A stretch of DNA of 63,997 nucleotides, counting the filler, from Thermoplasmatota archaeon (GTDB lineage: Archaea > Thermoplasmatota > E2 > JACPAO01 > JAHFTW01), in the NCBI GenBank assembly GCA_041623215.1. It is 6 parts of 6 records of this genome, joined end to end, with 100 filler letters (N's around TTAATTAATTAA, not from the genome) between each part and the next. Parts side by side here need not be neighbours in the genome. Positions count along the whole stretch, not along the records: positions 12,350 to 23,918 come from JBFJXH010000053.1; positions 24,019 to 35,497 come from JBFJXH010000054.1; 4 more parts are not named here. One strand, 5' to 3'. The translations under genes were made by a program, and so were the position numbers. Below, one piece after another: positions 17,601 through 26,753 of the stretch. Under the pieces are notes generated by a model. It did not search any database, was not told the origin of the DNA, and saw only the letters and a list, made by a program, of their open reading frames with translations. Within the stretch, counting starts at the first letter, position 1, and every line of letters begins with the position of its first letter.

Positions 17601-19548
17601 GGAAAATTTCGAATTGACGCCAGAACGAATACCGCTCCATGTTGCTAGAGATGAGAAGTCCCTCGCGGGTCGCTTCGCAGGAAGCGGCCAACCCCACCAA
17701 GTCAACGCCGAGCGTGCTGCTTCGGGGCTCTGCCAGGGACCACAGTTGATGCCGGTCCGTGGGGTCAACGACTGGTTGTAGGAGGTCAGGGTCTTGCTGC
17801 CAACGCACCAGTTCCAGTCGTTCCGAATGCCCCACAAAGGCACCCGCGACGCCGTCGCCGCACGATGTCATGACGCCACTCAGGCCCCATGCTTCGTAGC
17901 TTCCAAGTAAGTCGCCTGTGGCACCGTCGATGCGGTCGAACGCGACGCGTGCGGTGGCGCGGAAAACTTGTTCCGTCCCAAGCGCACCAATCATGCGGGC
18001 CGGCATGACCGGGTCAACGATGCCGTCGCCCGTCATGTCGCCGGTTTGGAAATCGTGATACCATTGCCACTGGGCCATGGCGAAGGCCGCGTCGCCCTGG
18101 ATGAGGTCCTGCTCACGTGTCCACAGTCGCTCCCCGCTTTCGCCATCAAGGCCGACCAGGCGTGCGCCCTTGGTGGCCAAGAATTGAGTAGAGCCTTGCG
18201 ATGGAAGGTCCGTTGTGGCCGCCGCATAGGTTCCACTGCCAAGCTCATGGACAAAGCCCCAACCTTGGACAAGGGCTTGCCAGGCAATCTCGCCCGTGGC
18301 GCCGTCCAAGCGTAGGAAATGAGTCCGGGCTGACCCGTCAATGGATACGCCCGCCAGTTGTTCGATGCCAAGCCATTGTGCCATGATGTCGGGAACGCCG
18401 TCGCCGGTCACATCGGAGCCGAGGCGCGCGTGCGTCCACGACAGAACCTCAACGCCTTCTTCGTTGTCCGTTTGCGGTTCAACCGGCACGAGGGGACGAA
18501 TCTCACTCGCCCACAGGATTTCCCCCTCGCCCCCCAAGTTGCCGTCAATGGCCAACATGCGCATCCCGCGTCCGTTGCGGTACGGTTGCTCATTCAGGGC
18601 AGGGACTTCCATTTCATTGCCGCGCGGATTGGCAAGCACCAGTTGGTCGAGAATGATGTCTGGTTGACCGTCGTTGTTGAGGTCCGTCAAGCCGCTAATC
18701 CACGTGATGTTGGTTTCATTGGGGTCGGCCGGCGGGCGGTCATGTCGCCATAGCTCCTGGCCGTTGCCATCAAAGACAATGAAGTGGTCGCGGAGGCGTC
18801 CATCCATGGTCCAGATTTCGTTTTGAACGACGAGTTCCAGAATGCCAAAGCGGTCCTCATTTTGATGAAGCGTCACATCCGTCGTCTTGAGCAGAATTTG
18901 CGTTTCGTTGCCCACTTTGTGCACGCGCAAGTCGGTGGGCAGGTTCAGCACCTGTTGATTGACACTGAACCGGTAGGGCCAATCGAAGACCGTCACGGTT
19001 GTTTGAGGCAGTACCGTTTCCCAGGTTTGGTTGCCTGTGGCACCATCGAGAAGGCGCAGGACGATGTCGGAGTTGCGGACGGCTGGGCTGCCAATGATGG
19101 GCGTGACGATGGAGTCGAGCCGCCCTCGGAGGCCCCATGTGACGAGGTCGCAAACACCGTCGCCGTTCAGGTCGTCCGTGAGCGCCAAGTTGTTGGGCCC
19201 ACGTGGGTCCGGCATGCCACCGCGTAAGAGAGAAATGCCCCTCTCGCCGACAAATACATTGAAGGCGGCGCCGTCCGCGCGCCACAGTTCACTGCCGTTT
19301 TGTCCACTACGTGCGAAAATGGTCGTCTCGCCGCCAGTCGTCGTCCCCTGGCCCCCGGTCTCGAGGGCATTCTCGACGAGGTCCAGCACGCCATCGCCGT
19401 CCAAGTCGCAGGCGGCCTGAATGTCGCGATGCGTGGTTCCGGGGGGAACATAGTACGACCATTGGCCGGCAACCGGTAAACTAACTGCCAGCAAGACAAG
19501 AACAACCATTGGCGCCAGGGCCCGGATTATGTTGGTACGAAACGCCAC
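14695..19548 (-). CDS. 1617-aa FG-GAP/PQQ-like repeat cell-surface protein, internally duplicated
   Basis: Signal peptide; many DxDGDGxxD and DGATG..W repeats; internal TM followed by an Arg-rich segment; C-terminal TM followed by RRRR. Confidence 0.82.
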   Translation of the reverse strand: MAFRTNIIRALAPMVVLVLLAVSLPVAGQWSYYVPPGTTHRDIQAACDLDGDGVLDLVENALETGGQGTTTGGETTIFARSGQNGSELWRADGAAFNVFVGERGISLLRGGMPDPRGPNNLALTDDLNGDGVCDLVTWGLRGRLDSIVTPIIGSPAVRNSDIVLRLLDGATGNQTWETVLPQTTVTVFDWPYRFSVNQQVLNLPTDLRVHKVGNETQILLKTTDVTLHQNEDRFGILELVVQNEIWTMDGRLRDHFIVFDGNGQELWRHDRPPADPNETNITWISGLTDLNNDGQPDIILDQLVLANPRGNEMEVPALNEQPYRNGRGMRMLAIDGNLGGEGEILWASEIRPLVPVEPQTDNEEGVEVLSWTHARLGSDVTGDGVPDIMAQWLGIEQLAGVSIDGSARTHFLRLDGATGEIAWQALVQGWGFVHELGSGTYAAATTDLPSQGSTQFLATKGARLVGLDGESGERLWTREQDLIQGDAAFAMAQWQWYHDFQTGDMTGDGIVDPVMPARMIGALGTEQVFRATARVAFDRIDGATGDLLGSYEAWGLSGVMTSCGDGVAGAFVGHSERLELVRWQQDPDLLQPVVDPTDRHQLWSLAEPRSSTLGVDLVGLAASCEATREGLLISSNMERYSFWRQFEIFPSFGIIDVDGPRWLLPATTSGEDSPALLQESALHRGRFIQSAMELIGWMAVAVAAGIIGALLLAPLLRRRRDAARRRRDPLGIMLMLLLIPTPGMIGFDTADDEADAAVILGDEANELAELDLSPPEPAGTLAPPPTEPKLAGNGEGPTSNSRALPPGSLESSPVNVAPSIGDAAKHLSGGPPRAMTLPGGGPLSDLALALSTPESSDQEIALAFLAAAGQPIDPLVTPEMSITFDHILGDVDGDGVDDVAVDISCLDYFACANTNPSILGGVAWVEWFLAENWCGPYHVVVAVSGASGQPLWDRMMTRPAVVGWAEITTCSVDAIIGPVQTAEGSALLAQRFEWDRGLFDGPAMIRHEVYLVDGATGATRWSIPFEGYYLDSLFGQNVAETLLVKPHLSIPQDTLPNLQGTTEPQLLLQGIGFVANAAILYVSGMGLNRAPEVADTHYPREWMAGVDLDTGTLTYQADTLSPSPGRSVLPWPSVTAPFANANYGWYWDTYPDAIPQGNMDMYWDAAKCCPDVDGDGVADLVTVTREWRDIRTANVDGREGFGMSAYAWSGADGRLLFDQELVDNLPIESANGRGSYPDYDNGITVDIRPAGDVDGDGGQDLLVQLRAFMSDYEDRIYVLDGDTGSTIWERTSPRWQEIHPLGDADGDGGLDFVFMHWWRQENTIEIAGDGSNVTARGIQVLDGNTGEMIRVTNTISAPYDLAAIYARMADGGFPDLDGDGVGDYPTDDPIFLPDGLILHQTTWASGATGELLVTMQNAGTLAFPNRLPDLDEDGLDDVAMVAGDSTDLWLVYHSGGTGEALSSHRLMAAGPTTYARILPKIKVLPLDTGDVVPGVLVNMHLEVTKIAFTFEWVDGDGNTYREFRLEPDTVAQMMYIGDVQSGQGWSFPDATEVGAHEAVAGNTPGTAALLAIRQEAEPTPMEIASDFTTETWPVWLAFVASFGLVTLAAVFGRRRRA

Positions 19549-19667
19549 CTAGGTGTCACCCGGGAGGCGATTTCACACCTCCCATAAGGCTGTTGCCTGG
19601 CCCATATCGGAACACCACCCGCCCACTGGCGCGCGACGGCAATGGATGTCGTCGTAGGCGGATGTTG

Positions 19668-22028
19668 TTAGCTGGCGCCCATCAGGGCCGGCAACGCTTC
19701 TGCCCAAACACGGCGCAACGCAGCGGGTACCCACGTCCAGGCCTCCTCGCCGTGCCGGACCACGAGGTCACCTTCTGTGACGCGCCCAATGAGAAGGCCG
19801 TCGGGGACGGCAGCTTGGAAGGCATCGGTCATGGCGGCTGGCACTTCCAGGAGGAAGCGCGTGTTCGACTCTGAGAACAACGCGACGGCTGCTGGAAGGT
19901 TGAGGCTGCTCAGGTCCACATCGGCACCCAAGCCGCCAGCGAAGCACATTTCGGCCAAGGCAACGGCGATGCCGCCTTCACTCGGGTCGTGGGCGGCACG
20001 GACCAAGCCCGCTTCAATGGCAGACACGATGGCCTCGGCCCGATCTTGGAGGACGCCAACGTCGCTTCGAGGCACAATCCCGCCTTCGAGGTCCAAGTGG
20101 TCATGGAGAATGGAGCCCCCGAATTCGTCCTTGGTTTCCCCGACCAAGAAGATGGCGTTGCCAGCTGCCTTCAAATCCATGGTGGTGGCGTGCTTGAAGT
20201 GACTGAGAATACCAACGCCCATGACCGTGGGTGTGGGCGGAATGGGGCCTTGCGGGGTTTCGTTGTAGAGGCTGACATTGCCGCTACTAAAGGGGGCATC
20301 GAGGGCCCGCGCCATGTCACCAAGGCCACGCGTTGACTCGTACAATTCCCACATGCGCTCGGGCTTCTCGGGATTGCCGAAATTCAGATTGTCACAGAGG
20401 CTTGAGAGGCGCGCGCCGACGCAGGTGAGATTGCGGACCACTTCGTCAATGGCGGATGCACTGCCCCAATACGGATCGCGCTCCGTCAGCCGCGGATTCA
20501 CGTCCGTGGTGAGCGCGAGCGCCTTGTCGGAATCAGGCACTGGCTTGAGGACCGTCGCGTCACCGGGGCCTTCGTTGCCAATGACCCCCTGCAGCGGCTT
20601 GAGAATGGTGTTGGCCCTCACCTCGTGGTCGTATTGCCGGATGACCCATTCTTTGCTCATGACTGCGGGGTGCGCCAGGAGCGCCGGTAGGGTGGCTTGG
20701 ATATCGATGGCGGGCAAGGAAACTGCCGTGGAGGCGATTTCCTGCTCGGCCACGGGGCGGTTGTACACGGGGCCGCCGGTGCTGAAGGTCAAATCCAAAT
20801 CGAGGACAACCTCGCCATGGAACCGAACCCGGTTGACCTTCTCTTCGATGACGCGCCCAACCACGACGGCGGGCACATCCCACTTGGTGGCGATTTCCAC
20901 GACCCTGTCCGCATCCTCGGGTTTGCAAGTCACCATCATGCGTTCCTGGGATTCGCTGACCCAAATCTCCCAGGGTGCCATGCCAGGAACCTTGGTCGGG
21001 ACCTTTTCGAGGTCGAGCTCGCAGCCGAAGCCTGCATCATAGGCCAATTCCCCGGCGACGCAAGACAAGCCGCCGCCGCCAAAATCCTTGCAGCCGGTGG
21101 CGAGGCCAGCCTCAATAATTTCTAGCGTGGAATGAATGAGTGGTTCCTTCAGAATGGAATCCCCGACCTGCACGGCCGACCGCGAGGCATCCTCCGAATC
21201 CTCGGTCAATTCTTCGCTGGCGAAGCTAACGCCGTGGATGCCGTCTCTTCCGGTTGCATTGCCGAGGTAGACAAAGACGTCGCCCGGGCCGCCGGCTTTG
21301 GAGTGAATGAGCTTGTCTTTGCGCACGACGCCAATGCAGCCCACATTGACCAGGCAATTGCCGGTGTAGCCTTCGTGGAAAGTCACGCCGCCAGCGACCG
21401 TGGGAATGCCCGTCCGGTTGCCATAGTCGCGAATGCCTGCCATGACGCCCCCCAACAGAAACCGAGGGTGCTTGACGCCGGGGGGCAGGTCAGCGTGTTT
21501 CTTGTCCAGCGGACCGAAGAATAGCGGGTCAACAAGCGCGACCGGCTGAGCCCCCATGCAGACCACATCACGAAGGATTCCACCGACGCCCGTGGCGGCG
21601 CCACCGTAGGGCTCAATGGCACTGGGATGATTGTGACTCTCAAGGCCCACCGCATAATACCAGTCGTCATCGAATTCCACAATGCCGGCATCCTCGCGCG
21701 CGGCAATCTTGTGCTCGGCGATGCCATAGACATTCTTGGCCAACACTGGCTTACTAGATTTGTAGCAGCAATGCTCGGACCATGCCTGGCCCAGCGCCTC
21801 CAATTCTACGTCGGTGGGACGTGCGTCGCGACCGGTTTGCTTGGCCTTGGCGACGAAGTGGTCGCGCGCTGATTGCATCTCATCCAGCTTGAGGCCGATG
21901 CTCATGGCTTGACTGCATGCTAGCAGTTCATCGTCCGTCATGGCCGCCAAGTCAAAGCGGCGAACGGGAACGTCCGCCAACTTGGTTACGTGTGCTTCCC
22001 AACTGGGGGAGTCCAGGGTGGCAGGCAT
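19668..22028 (-). CDS. purL: Phosphoribosylformylglycinamidine synthase subunit PurL
   Basis: WSEHCCYKSS, ESHNHPSAIEPYGGAATGVGGILRD, SESQERM, QYDHEV, NFGNPEK, GNVSLYNE. Start codon uncertain. Confidence 0.96.
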   Translation of the reverse strand: MPATLDSPSWEAHVTKLADVPVRRFDLAAMTDDELLACSQAMSIGLKLDEMQSARDHFVAKAKQTGRDARPTDVELEALGQAWSEHCCYKSSKPVLAKNVYGIAEHKIAAREDAGIVEFDDDWYYAVGLESHNHPSAIEPYGGAATGVGGILRDVVCMGAQPVALVDPLFFGPLDKKHADLPPGVKHPRFLLGGVMAGIRDYGNRTGIPTVAGGVTFHEGYTGNCLVNVGCIGVVRKDKLIHSKAGGPGDVFVYLGNATGRDGIHGVSFASEELTEDSEDASRSAVQVGDSILKEPLIHSTLEIIEAGLATGCKDFGGGGLSCVAGELAYDAGFGCELDLEKVPTKVPGMAPWEIWVSESQERMMVTCKPEDADRVVEIATKWDVPAVVVGRVIEEKVNRVRFHGEVVLDLDLTFSTGGPVYNRPVAEQEIASTAVSLPAIDIQATLPALLAHPAVMSKEWVIRQYDHEVRANTILKPLQGVIGNEGPGDATVLKPVPDSDKALALTTDVNPRLTERDPYWGSASAIDEVVRNLTCVGARLSSLCDNLNFGNPEKPERMWELYESTRGLGDMARALDAPFSSGNVSLYNETPQGPIPPTPTVMGVGILSHFKHATTMDLKAAGNAIFLVGETKDEFGGSILHDHLDLEGGIVPRSDVGVLQDRAEAIVSAIEAGLVRAAHDPSEGGIAVALAEMCFAGGLGADVDLSSLNLPAAVALFSESNTRFLLEVPAAMTDAFQAAVPDGLLIGRVTEGDLVVRHGEEAWTWVPAALRRVWAEALPALMGAS

Positions 22029-22082
22029 CCTGAGGCGGGCCACCTAAGCTCGCCTCATAAGGGCCACGACGCCCGGCGCCAA

Positions 22083-22253
22083 TCAGGTAGGCGGCTTTCG
22101 GCGCCGCTCACGGGGGTGGCGCCCTTTTCGGAAGCCACGAAGCGGCGGCACAGTCTCACCATCTTCATCGGCCTTCTCGGCATCCTTCAATGCCTTCGCC
22201 GCGTCGCGAAGCACCTTAGCGTTGCGTGTACGGTCGCGACTGGCAGGGTGCAT
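22083..22253 (-). CDS. Putative 56-aa small protein (absent from ORF track)
   Basis: ATG overlaps the purS stop (TAATG); translates as MHPASRDRTRNAKVLRDAAKALKDAEKADEDGETVPPLRGFRKGRHPRERRRKPPT. Confidence 0.45.
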   Translation of the reverse strand: MHPASRDRTRNAKVLRDAAKALKDAEKADEDGETVPPLRGFRKGRHPRERRRKPPT

Positions 22254-22495
22254 TACTCAGCCAACGTGATGTCGTAATCGTGAATGACCGGGTTGGTCAA
22301 CAGCCGGCGGCACATTTTGTCCACTTCGTCCTTAGCAGCCTCGCCTTCAGCAGCCAAGTCAATTTCGAAAATGCGCGTCGTGTGAACTTCCTTGACCCCT
22401 TCAAAACCGAGCAAATGGAGCGCCTTCAGGGTGTTCTGGCCCTCGGGGTCGCTGATGCCGGACTTGAGGTGGACGGTGACGTGGGCGCGGGTCAC
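22253..22495 (-). CDS. purS: FGAM synthase subunit PurS
   Basis: VTVHLKSGISDPEGQ...LGF...MCRRLLTNPVIHDY, 80 aa, next to purL. Confidence 0.95.
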   Translation of the reverse strand: MTRAHVTVHLKSGISDPEGQNTLKALHLLGFEGVKEVHTTRIFEIDLAAEGEAAKDEVDKMCRRLLTNPVIHDYDITLAE

Positions 22496-22628
22496 GAAGC
22501 AGGCCAGCCAAGTTCTCGTGATAAGGGCGGCGGCCAGCCGAAATCCCTGTTCTCGTCCGACCTGAGCCCGACCCCCGCTTCGCCACCGCCACGGCAACGG
22601 CCATGAAGCACAGCCGTCATGGATTGCC

Positions 22629-23849
22629 ATGCACCGATTCCTGGTGGGGATTTTGCTATTGGTTTTGCTCGCTGGTTGCATCGCCTCGGACGACCCGCCG
22701 GAGGCGCCGGATGAACCCGCCGCACCGACGGGGCCGCTGCGGGCCGAAGTCGCCTGTGCGGATGGCTGCTGGGAACCCATGGTGGCGGTCGGGCATGACC
22801 AAACGGTGTTCGTAACGAGCAGCGAGGATGGCTTGTTTGCGCTGGTTCCAGGCAGCACGGAACTGGAGGCCCGGACGCTCCCGCCGCAGGAGCTAGATGG
22901 AGCCTTTCGCGGCGATGAAGCAGTCCACGTGGATTCCGCAGGCCGCCTCTATTGGAGCGCCCTCACAGCGGGCGAACTTGTGGGCCCCACCAGTTCGCGC
23001 AGCGTGGAAGTTCACGTCAGCAATGACGGCGGCGTCTCATGGGCTGCCTCGAACTATCTCGGGCCGATTGATTCTCCCACGGCCGGCACAAGTCCAACCA
23101 CCATCTCCGCCGACCGTCAATGGTTGTTCTTCGACGACGACAACGCGTACGTGACCTTCCAACGGCCAACCGGCGCGGCAGTGGTGTTCGCATCCGAAGT
23201 GGTCATGGCCAGGGCCCCCGCAGGCACCGTCGATTTCGGTCCGTGGGAGACGGTTTCGCCGCTTGAAACGCGAGGCGGTTCGAAGATTAGCGGGCAGGGC
23301 ATCGCCACCGACCAAGGGCAACTGGTGCCCATGTGGACGAACGGCCCGGGCGTCGCCGGCGTGTGGGGCTATTGGTTGGCGCACGTAACCCCTGAAGGTG
23401 TTACCTACACCAATGTGGACCAAGGCAACACGGGCAGTTGGTTCCCCGCCGTCGCCCGCCTGCACGATGGTTCCTACGTCGCCGCCTGGCGCACCTCGGA
23501 CGGCAACGTCATGACATCTTGGTCGTCCGACGCCGTCACATGGCAGCAACCCGCCACCGTGGACACTCAAGGCGTAACCTCACCTTGGCTGACGCCTTGG
23601 CAAGACGGTGCGGCCTTGGTTTGGCATAGCGGCAGCAGCGAAGAGACCGACCTCATGCTGGCCACAGGCACGCCATCTGGCTGGTCCGATCCCGTGCTGG
23701 TGCAGGAGGGCATCGTGGGCCAATTTGGTCGTGGCAGCAACAGTGACATGAGCCACGTTGCCAGCCACGGCGATGTGCTGGCGGTGACGTGGTCGAGTCA
23801 ATCACCGGGCGCCATGGGTGTCGTGGTGTACCGCCCCGGCGACCTCTAG
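22629..23849 (+). CDS. Asp-box beta-propeller lipoprotein
   Basis: Lipobox LLAGC; SNDGGVSW, ADRQW, SSDAVTW. Confidence 0.75.
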   Translation: MHRFLVGILLLVLLAGCIASDDPPEAPDEPAAPTGPLRAEVACADGCWEPMVAVGHDQTVFVTSSEDGLFALVPGSTELEARTLPPQELDGAFRGDEAVHVDSAGRLYWSALTAGELVGPTSSRSVEVHVSNDGGVSWAASNYLGPIDSPTAGTSPTTISADRQWLFFDDDNAYVTFQRPTGAAVVFASEVVMARAPAGTVDFGPWETVSPLETRGGSKISGQGIATDQGQLVPMWTNGPGVAGVWGYWLAHVTPEGVTYTNVDQGNTGSWFPAVARLHDGSYVAAWRTSDGNVMTSWSSDAVTWQQPATVDTQGVTSPWLTPWQDGAALVWHSGSSEETDLMLATGTPSGWSDPVLVQEGIVGQFGRGSNSDMSHVASHGDVLAVTWSSQSPGAMGVVVYRPGDL

Positions 23850-23918
23850 CCCATCGGAGCCTCCCCCCTCAAGCCTCATATACCCCCTCCATCTCGCGCG
23901 GCCTCTCTACAGGAGACC

Positions 23919-24018
23919 NNNNNNNNNNNNNNNNNNNNNNNNNNNNNNNNNNNNNNNNNNNNTTAATTAATTAANNNNNNNNNNNNNNNNNNNNNNNNNN
24001 NNNNNNNNNNNNNNNNNN
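23919..24018. other. Artificial contig linker
   Basis: N run + TTAATTAATTAA + N run. Confidence 0.99.
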
Positions 24019-25367
24019 AGCGTAGGGGGCCGCAGCTGGACGACCTCCGGCTCGTGCCGCCCGCGCTCCTTCCAGATCGCTTGTCCGACATGGCAAGGTT
24101 GGGCCGGGAGCCTACTGCCTTGGATGCCCGCACAGACATGACGCTTGGAGGCTTGCAGGCAGCAGCGCCCTTGATTGTGCCCGCCATGGGTTCAACACCC
24201 GTCGCCCACCGACACGCCATGGCCCTGGCACGGGCGGCGGCGCGCGCAGGCATTCCACTCGTTCTCGGAGAAAACATCGCTACGGTTTGGGGCTATGACG
24301 AGCGACGCGATGCCGACATGCCGACGTTCAAAGAGCGCCTCATGGCTTACCTGGACGTGGTAAGCGCAGGTGACAGCGTCGGCGCTGAGCACCCGGTACG
24401 AGGCGGCATTGTCATTCAGCAATCGGTCGAAGACGCCATGGATGAACTTTGGCACCGCGTCTATGACGACCCTGATGTTCAGGAGCATTTGACGGCCGGC
24501 CGAGTCGCCTTTGAAATGAAAGTTGGACAAGGCGCCAAACCTGGACTCGGGGGCGTGACCTTGGTTGACGACGCAACCGCCGAACGCCTGGCTGGCGACT
24601 ACGCGCTGGGCGACAGGGCGGTTACCCAGGTCGGTAAGCGCGAGCGGTTCAGTGCGCCAGGCACCTTCACAGCGAACATTTTGGAGGCGCAGGTTCGCCA
24701 CTTGCGAAACGATTTCCCCCATGCACGCATCTGGGTCAAACTGCCACCAACGCGAGACCTGGTAGCCGTGGCGCACGCCGTGGCCGCTGGCGGCGCCCAT
24801 TGTATCACGGTGGATGGTGCCGAAGGTGGGACTGCCTTGGCGCCAAGCGTCTTCTTGGACCACGTGGGGTTGCCACTCACCGCTTGCTTGGCGGCACTGC
24901 GACGCGACCCGCCCGCCGTGGATGTCATTGCGTCCGGCGGGCTTCGCCATGGTGGCGATGTGGCGAAGGTGGTGGCCTTGGGTTGCGTAGCTGGAGCCAT
25001 GGGTCGCGGCGCTTTGCAAGCGACGCTGGATGACGGTGAACGCGGGGCCGAGCGGTTTTTCGCCGACGTTCGCGATGAAGTTGCGATGATTACATTCGCC
25101 ATGGGCCACCTTGACGTGGAGGCGCTGGACGACGCCGATGTAGTTGCCTTAGACGACCGACTAGGCACCATGCTTGGCGTGGCTTCAGTGTTTGATTTAC
25201 CCCGCGGCCTGGCCCTGGGCCGCGAGGGCGATTTCGTTGACGCGGCGCAAGGGATGCCAGCGTGGTCGCCCGCCGGTGCGCATGGCGGCCACACCCATGC
25301 GGTTGCGGCAGCAGGCAGCACGCCGGCAGGCCATGGGGATGACGCGGCTGCCGCAGCGGTGGCGTGA
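24019..25367 (+). CDS. FMN-binding glutamate-synthase-family protein (5' truncated)
   Basis: LDDLRLVP, PAMGS, FEMKVGQGAKPGLGG, IWVKL, ITVDGAEGGT, IASGGLR, DVAKVVALG. Confidence 0.85.
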
Positions 25368-25403
25368 CGACCGGCTTTTACCACCGTGGCCCGTGCGCGG
25401 CTT

Positions 25404-25952
25404 GTGCGCGTCCTTGGATTCACAGGCATGCCTGGCGCTGGCAAATCGGAGGCCATGGCTGTTGCCAAGGACGCCAACCACCCCATCGTGCGCATGGGCG
25501 ATTTGATTTGGGAGGAAGTGGAACGACGGGGCTTGCCGCGAACCAGCGAACACGTGGGGCCGGTGGCCAATGAGTTGCGTCAGACCCACGGCCCAGACGT
25601 GTGGGCGCTGCGAACCGTCGAGCGCATTCGCGCGGCGCATGGTGATGCCTCATTGGTTCTCATCGATGGCATTCGAAGCCTGCACGAAGTGGAGGTGTTT
25701 CGACGCGAACTAGGCGAGGAATTCACGCTCATTGCGATTCATACCCCAGAAACGACCCGCTTTAACCGCATGACGGCGCGGGGCCGAGACGATGACCCGG
25801 ACGATGCTGATGGCCACCGGGCAAGGGACGAACGGGAGCTGGGCTGGGGCATCGCGCGCACCATCGCGTTGGCGGATGAAATGGTCGTCAATGATGGCTC
25901 ACTCGACACCTTCCGGGACAAAGTGAAGGCGTTGTTAGCCAGCCTATCCTAG
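25404..25952 (+). CDS. P-loop kinase of the archaeal dephospho-CoA-kinase-like family (COG0237-like)
   Basis: GFTGMPGAGKS, MGDL, IDGIRS, RGRDDD, RDERELGWG, ADEMVVNDGS. Confidence 0.85.
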   Translation: MRVLGFTGMPGAGKSEAMAVAKDANHPIVRMGDLIWEEVERRGLPRTSEHVGPVANELRQTHGPDVWALRTVERIRAAHGDASLVLIDGIRSLHEVEVFRRELGEEFTLIAIHTPETTRFNRMTARGRDDDPDDADGHRARDERELGWGIARTIALADEMVVNDGSLDTFRDKVKALLASLS

Positions 25953-26045
25953 CTATGGCCACGTCGGCAACCGGGTGATTCGGACAGGTTGATTCGACGT
26001 AGATTCACCGCACCGGCCTGTATCTACCTGTAGGCTTGGCCACCA

Positions 26046-26738
26046 ATGATGCCTATGTGGTCCCCGATTCTTACTCCGGACGTCCACTTACTGAGTGGTC
26101 CACGGCCCTTGCTGAGACAGTTTGCCCAAGAAGTGACCCACCGAACATTGCACACCGATGGCCGCACGGTCCTCTGGTGTGACGGCGACCACGGCTTCAA
26201 TCCGTATCACTTTGCTGAGCTGAATCTTCGCAATGGTTACGCTGCGGGCGAGGGCGCTAACCGTATCCTTGTGAAGCGCTGCATGACTGCCTTTCAATGG
26301 GACACCGTGCTGGACCAACAATTAGCCGACAAGCTCGCCGAGACACCTACATCTCTTGTGGTGGCAGCTCCCTACGATGCGCTGTTTCGCCACCCGGAGC
26401 TACAAGACTGGGAACAAGAAGATCATTTGACGTACAGCGTAGCCCACCTGAACCACTTGGCCACGCAGTACGCCGTGCCGATTCTGGCCTTCGTGGACAT
26501 GGACCACTTATGGCGCAGTCACCCAACGTTGGCGGCCATCATCTATCAGGCCTTCCAGGACCGCTGGTTGATTGAACGCCCCGGCGGCCGTTGGCGCCTC
26601 GTTCATGAACGGACCCGGGACGTTTTGGACCCGAGCCTCAGGCGCAAGGTCACCTTGTTGGACTTCTTGCCGGAAGACCCCGTGGTAGTTCCACCCACGC
26701 CTACTCGACGCTCTAAGCAACCATTGCCCCCCATGTAA
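26046..26738 (+). CDS. Inactivated RadA/RecA-like protein (PolB2-associated type)
   Basis: RecA-fold traces VLWCDGDHGFNPY and RILVKRCMTAFQW; Walker A eroded to SGPRPLLR; C-terminal KVTLLDFL. Confidence 0.72.
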   Translation: MMPMWSPILTPDVHLLSGPRPLLRQFAQEVTHRTLHTDGRTVLWCDGDHGFNPYHFAELNLRNGYAAGEGANRILVKRCMTAFQWDTVLDQQLADKLAETPTSLVVAAPYDALFRHPELQDWEQEDHLTYSVAHLNHLATQYAVPILAFVDMDHLWRSHPTLAAIIYQAFQDRWLIERPGGRWRLVHERTRDVLDPSLRRKVTLLDFLPEDPVVVPPTPTRRSKQPLPPM

Positions 26739-26753
26739 TTCAGGGAGGAAACC

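Noticed and set aside
19668..22495. Absence of purQ next to purS/purL
   Set aside because: pur genes are commonly scattered in archaea and the assembly is fragmented.
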